Shown one piece after another: positions 35,488 to 39,037 of a DNA stretch of 39,037 nucleotides. Each line of letters opens with the position of its first letter. Positions within the stretch are counted from its first letter, which is position 1. The DNA is taken from positions 1 to 39,037 of the forward strand of contig NKIB01014991.1 in assembly GCA_002256025.1 (NCBI GenBank), in the 5' to 3' direction. A program made the translations under genes and the position numbers. Source of the stretch: Asterionella formosa. Lineage: Eukaryota. The notes beneath the pieces were generated by a model. It was not told where the DNA came from. It ran no database searches and was given only the letters and a program-made list of their open reading frames with translations.

Positions 35488-35884
35488 GAATGGATGTTTG
35501 TTGTGTTAGCTTTTTTGAGCTTTTAGCATATTGAATGCGAAGAAGCAAACGGTATCCCGATCGAGGATGCAGATACTAGATATTAGAATTATTACCGGTA
35601 GTCTATTTAGTATGCAGTAGATAAAAGGTAATGTGCCTCATCAGTGAGGAGATCCTCTACGGACGTACATCCAAACCATAGTACCGGTACATACATGTGG
35701 AACAACCACTGTACCTTCTGTTTGTGCGCTACTGGCGTATCGGTACTAAGTACAGTACCAGTGTGCATTATCTACTGGCATCTATGATGAGCGATGTGGA
35801 AACACTTTCTTTCGCTTTCAGATGTACTTACTACTGTTTATGATGTATGAACATATGTATGTACCGGTATGTATGTAGTCAGAC

Positions 35885-35918
35885 TACCTGGTACCAGGTA
35901 CCTGGTACCTGGTACCTG
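35885..35918. repeat. (TACC[W]GG)n micro-repeat cluster
   Basis: TACCTGG TACCAGG TACCTGG TACCTGG TACCTG, five tandem units. Confidence 0.92.
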
Positions 35919-36351
35919 TAAGATACTGAATGACTGAGTTTCGAGAATGTTGTGTGGGCAGACCGCATGTATACCGGTATTTGATTTGAGTGACACGTGG
36001 AAACCATCAAGGAGGACTGCGGAAGTGTCGGGCTTTACATACGTAGAAATTGAGAAGAGCAAGGAGGATCCAACAATGGAAAGGAACTTCAATTTTGGCG
36101 GGAAAATGTATGTCTCGAGATTTTGATTTCGGGGAGGAACTCGTTCATGAACTACAGTTCCTGGTACCAGGGTACCGGCAATTTACCACTTCTTTATCGT
36201 TATCTGAGTTGTATACCGCTATTACAGGTATTTTTGCTGTATAATGGGGCTATGTGTATTTCTTGTTTTCAACTACCAAGGTAGTACCATACCAGTACCT
36301 GGTCCATCTAGTATTGCTAAATGTATTTATTTCTCAACCGACCACCTGGTA

Positions 36352-37017
36352 CCGTATACTTATACTTCATTGTCCTGGACCCCCCAATGTACACTGCCAT
36401 GACTGAATTTGACTGATTTTACTTAAGGGGGGGGCCAGGACAATGACGAGATTTCCTCTATATTGGACCTAGGTAAATTTCTTTAGTTCTACAGGATAGC
36501 GCACATTTTTCTAAGATGTATTTTAATATGACAATTATTTCCGTGATGTGAAAAATGAGAGAGTTCTTCACCTCGCAAGAAAAACGCGACTTCATGTTGT
36601 TATTGGCGATCTCAATTTTCGTTGTCATTATAAGTGATATTACTTTACTTCTTTTACGATTGTATTTTCCATGTCCTTCTTAATACAGGTAGCAAGTAGC
36701 AAAGCGTCGTTCTCTATTTTCGTGGAGATAATCGTATTTTCGTCATGGTCAAGGTTGCGACAACATCATGAAGGATTCTCCAGCTGCTCACAGCCACTAC
36801 CGGTACCTGGTACCTGTCGTCTCTTGTACTTTGTGTTTACAAAAGAATCGCAAAATGGTAGCTAAATGATTATATACTAGTGCCTACGAGGACAAAAAGA
36901 ATTATAGCACGTTACTTTGTCTATGACAAGAAAATTATTTGGTGTTTGGTTCCACCTCGAGAAAAATGTACAGGGGGTCCAGCAACCATGGGGGGTCCAG
37001 GACAATGAAGTATACGG
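36352..37017 (+). mobile_element. MITE copy B, complete (~666 bp), Tc1/mariner-pogo type
   Basis: TIR CCGTATACTTCATTGTCCTGGACCCCCC at both ends (left end has a TATACT duplication); TA at 36350-36351 and 37018-37019 as TSD; no coding capacity. Confidence 0.92.
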
Positions 37018-37249
37018 TAACCCTCATCCCTGCTCCTTACCCTAAAGTACCGCTCCTCGGCTGGCTATGTTAAGAGCTCCGCTGTGCTAAAAGGTTTCAT
37101 TTGGGTTTACATTACATTGTTGGAAAAACTAATAATTTTGGAAACTGCGAAGTTGTTGGTACATACCGGCACCTATGATATACCCCACTATTCACAAAAA
37201 TGCACAAGTCCGTTTGATGGATGGGAAATATATGTATTGTAGTGTATTA

Positions 37250-38494
37250 CTAGGAAAACAAAGTAAACACCTGAATAGCTCCAACAATGGCACCTAAAAC
37301 ACCACCCAGCAAAATTAATATAATTTCGTCTTCTTCAAATGCTGGATGAAGGACTCCCTCGAACTCAGCCGGTGGCAATTCCTGCATTTTTGTTCTGATC
37401 GTCGTTTCCATATCAAGTGCTGCCTGTGTATATTCATAAGAATGGTCAATGATGAAGGGAATGTTATCCACCACCTTTTGCGCAATATCTTCCTTCATCT
37501 TTGCAAATTCCGCGGCACCCATTGCAGCAATTGCCATTGGTTTAATCTCAGCAATAAGTTTTTCGGTAAACAACAGAGTATGAGCCCGCAACATGGCAAA
37601 GAAGTTTTTGCTCAATTTTCCTGCAAAAATGGCATCCCAAATCGCTTTGATATGCAAAATCTCCACACAAACGATTCTTGCAAAGGTCGCCGATACTTCT
37701 ACCTGTCGTTTTAGAAAAATACCATGAAGCTCCCAATAGCATATTTGCTTGGGTTCTAACGGACTAAATATGATTTTGAGAGCCAGGTAATTGGTAATCC
37801 ATCCGACCATAAAACCCGCAAATGGCAACGTCCACCATGCATCGTAGAAGAACCAGATAGCCATTTGAATCAAACCAAAGAGGAATCCAAAGTAAAATCC
37901 TGAGCGTCGAATAAATACAAATTCCTTCTCCCCACATTCTTGGAATATCTTGTTTACAAGCGGTTTATTGGCCACACACGCTGCAACGGTCATGTCCTTG
38001 ATATCTACCACGTCGTCTACATGCAATTGCATGTCTCTCATAAATTCTGCAAGAAATATATTTGATTCTTTGTCCGTCATGATAATAATATCGTCCTTGA
38101 CATCTTGAGGCAATGCTGTCCATACTGTTGGCATGTACTGATTGGCTACCTCGTTAATGACCTTGTCCATGAGCAGTAATAGCCCATCTTCCATTTCTTC
38201 AGAAAATCTGACAGGGTCTAGCCTAAGAAATATTTCTTTAATGTTGAACAAGCGCGTGGTCATCAAATCAAAGCAGATGGAAGCCATTTTTTCCGCCTTG
38301 GTGGGAATGATCCCTTGCCATCCGAAGAGGCCCCACGGTTCTCCTTTGAGACGAAAAAGCTCAATGCCGAAGAATTCCACCGGACGGAAGGTCATTTCTA
38401 GTGCTACCACATTTGTACCCCAACCAACAAAGCCAGCAATGATGGGAATCAACAGGTAGCTCCACCACGTGTAGTCCCCAACGCCATAGCCCAT
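37250..38494 (-). CDS. DUF445 (UPF0754/YheB-like) membrane protein, 414 aa, intronless
   Basis: IPIIAGFVGWGTNVVALEMTFRP...GWQGIIP, internal repeat GFMVGWITNYLALKIIFSP...HGIFLKRQ, C-terminal EFEGVLHPAFEEDE..LILLGGVLGAIVG. First ATG at 38494. Confidence 0.85.
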   Translation of the reverse strand: MGYGVGDYTWWSYLLIPIIAGFVGWGTNVVALEMTFRPVEFFGIELFRLKGEPWGLFGWQGIIPTKAEKMASICFDLMTTRLFNIKEIFLRLDPVRFSEEMEDGLLLLMDKVINEVANQYMPTVWTALPQDVKDDIIIMTDKESNIFLAEFMRDMQLHVDDVVDIKDMTVAACVANKPLVNKIFQECGEKEFVFIRRSGFYFGFLFGLIQMAIWFFYDAWWTLPFAGFMVGWITNYLALKIIFSPLEPKQICYWELHGIFLKRQVEVSATFARIVCVEILHIKAIWDAIFAGKLSKNFFAMLRAHTLLFTEKLIAEIKPMAIAAMGAAEFAKMKEDIAQKVVDNIPFIIDHSYEYTQAALDMETTIRTKMQELPPAEFEGVLHPAFEEDEIILILLGGVLGAIVGAIQVFTLFS

Positions 38495-38912
38495 GGTTCT
38501 TTTTGGCTTCTTTGAGAGATGATCTGCGAGTTCGTCTTCACCAAAGGCTTTTCTATGCTGATGATAGAATGAAGGTGTCTTCAAGAGAAAGGAGAGGAGA
38601 GAGCGCGAGATAGAAGTAGAATAGTACCTCAGAAAGGTAATACGAAAATGGCGGAATTACTGTGGAAAGCTAAACGTTTGTCAATGTTTCTTATTTTTAG
38701 TCTCGATATCTACCGGTATACATTTATGATATACCGGTATTCATAAACGAGGACGGTGAAAATGTCTTCGTTCATGCATCCCCTGCTTGGATGATATTGA
38801 GTCCTGCTGGGCGGCAGGTGCAAAATAGAAATTACAAGCTATCATTCTGTTGGTTGCAATGATACGCTCATTTACATTAACAGTTGAACATCCGTACTAC
38901 GAAAAAGAAATA

Positions 38913-39037
38913 CCGTATACTTCATTGTCCTGGACCCCCCAATGTACACTGCCGTGACTGAATTTGACTGATTTTACTTAAGGGGGGCCCAGGACAATGA
39001 AGAGATTTCCCTTATAATGGACCTAAGTAAATTTCTT
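38913..39037 (+). mobile_element. MITE copy C (left end; runs off the window)
   Basis: TA|CCGTATACTTCATTGTCCTGGACCCCCCAATGTACACTGCC..., with only a handful of differences from copy B over 125 bp. Confidence 0.92.

Overview
Eukaryotic nuclear DNA, very probably from a diatom: short 69-121 bp GT-AG introns, bipartite signal + 'A-F' plastid presequences, diatom-type bHLH-PAS genes and a CoDi-like Copia remnant. Compact gene islands alternate with AT-rich, transposon-derived spacers. I can model 13 protein genes: ISY1, MCM5, a putative thylakoid-lumen FtsH-lumenal-domain-like protein, a family-16-like methyltransferase, a hypothetical protein, a cis-prenyltransferase, two divergent bHLH-PAS paralogs (RITMO1/bHLH1a-bHLH1b type), a small membrane protein, an OsmC-like protein, a TMEM151-like protein, a NOL/NYC1-like SDR and a DUF445 protein. 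Mobile DNA comprises three copies of a TA-TSD MITE, two copies of a ~360 bp tRNA-headed SINE-like element, and decayed Copia and PIF/Harbinger elements. The most notable observations are (i) a pervasive intergenic palindromic micro-repeat (TACC[W]GG)n, with a 13-bp tract present in one MITE copy and absent from another; (ii) the SINE-like family with two B boxes; (iii) the clock-type bHLH-PAS pair, one member carrying a 20-unit glutamine-rich hexapeptide repeat. All homology calls come from motif recognition by eye; no searches were run.
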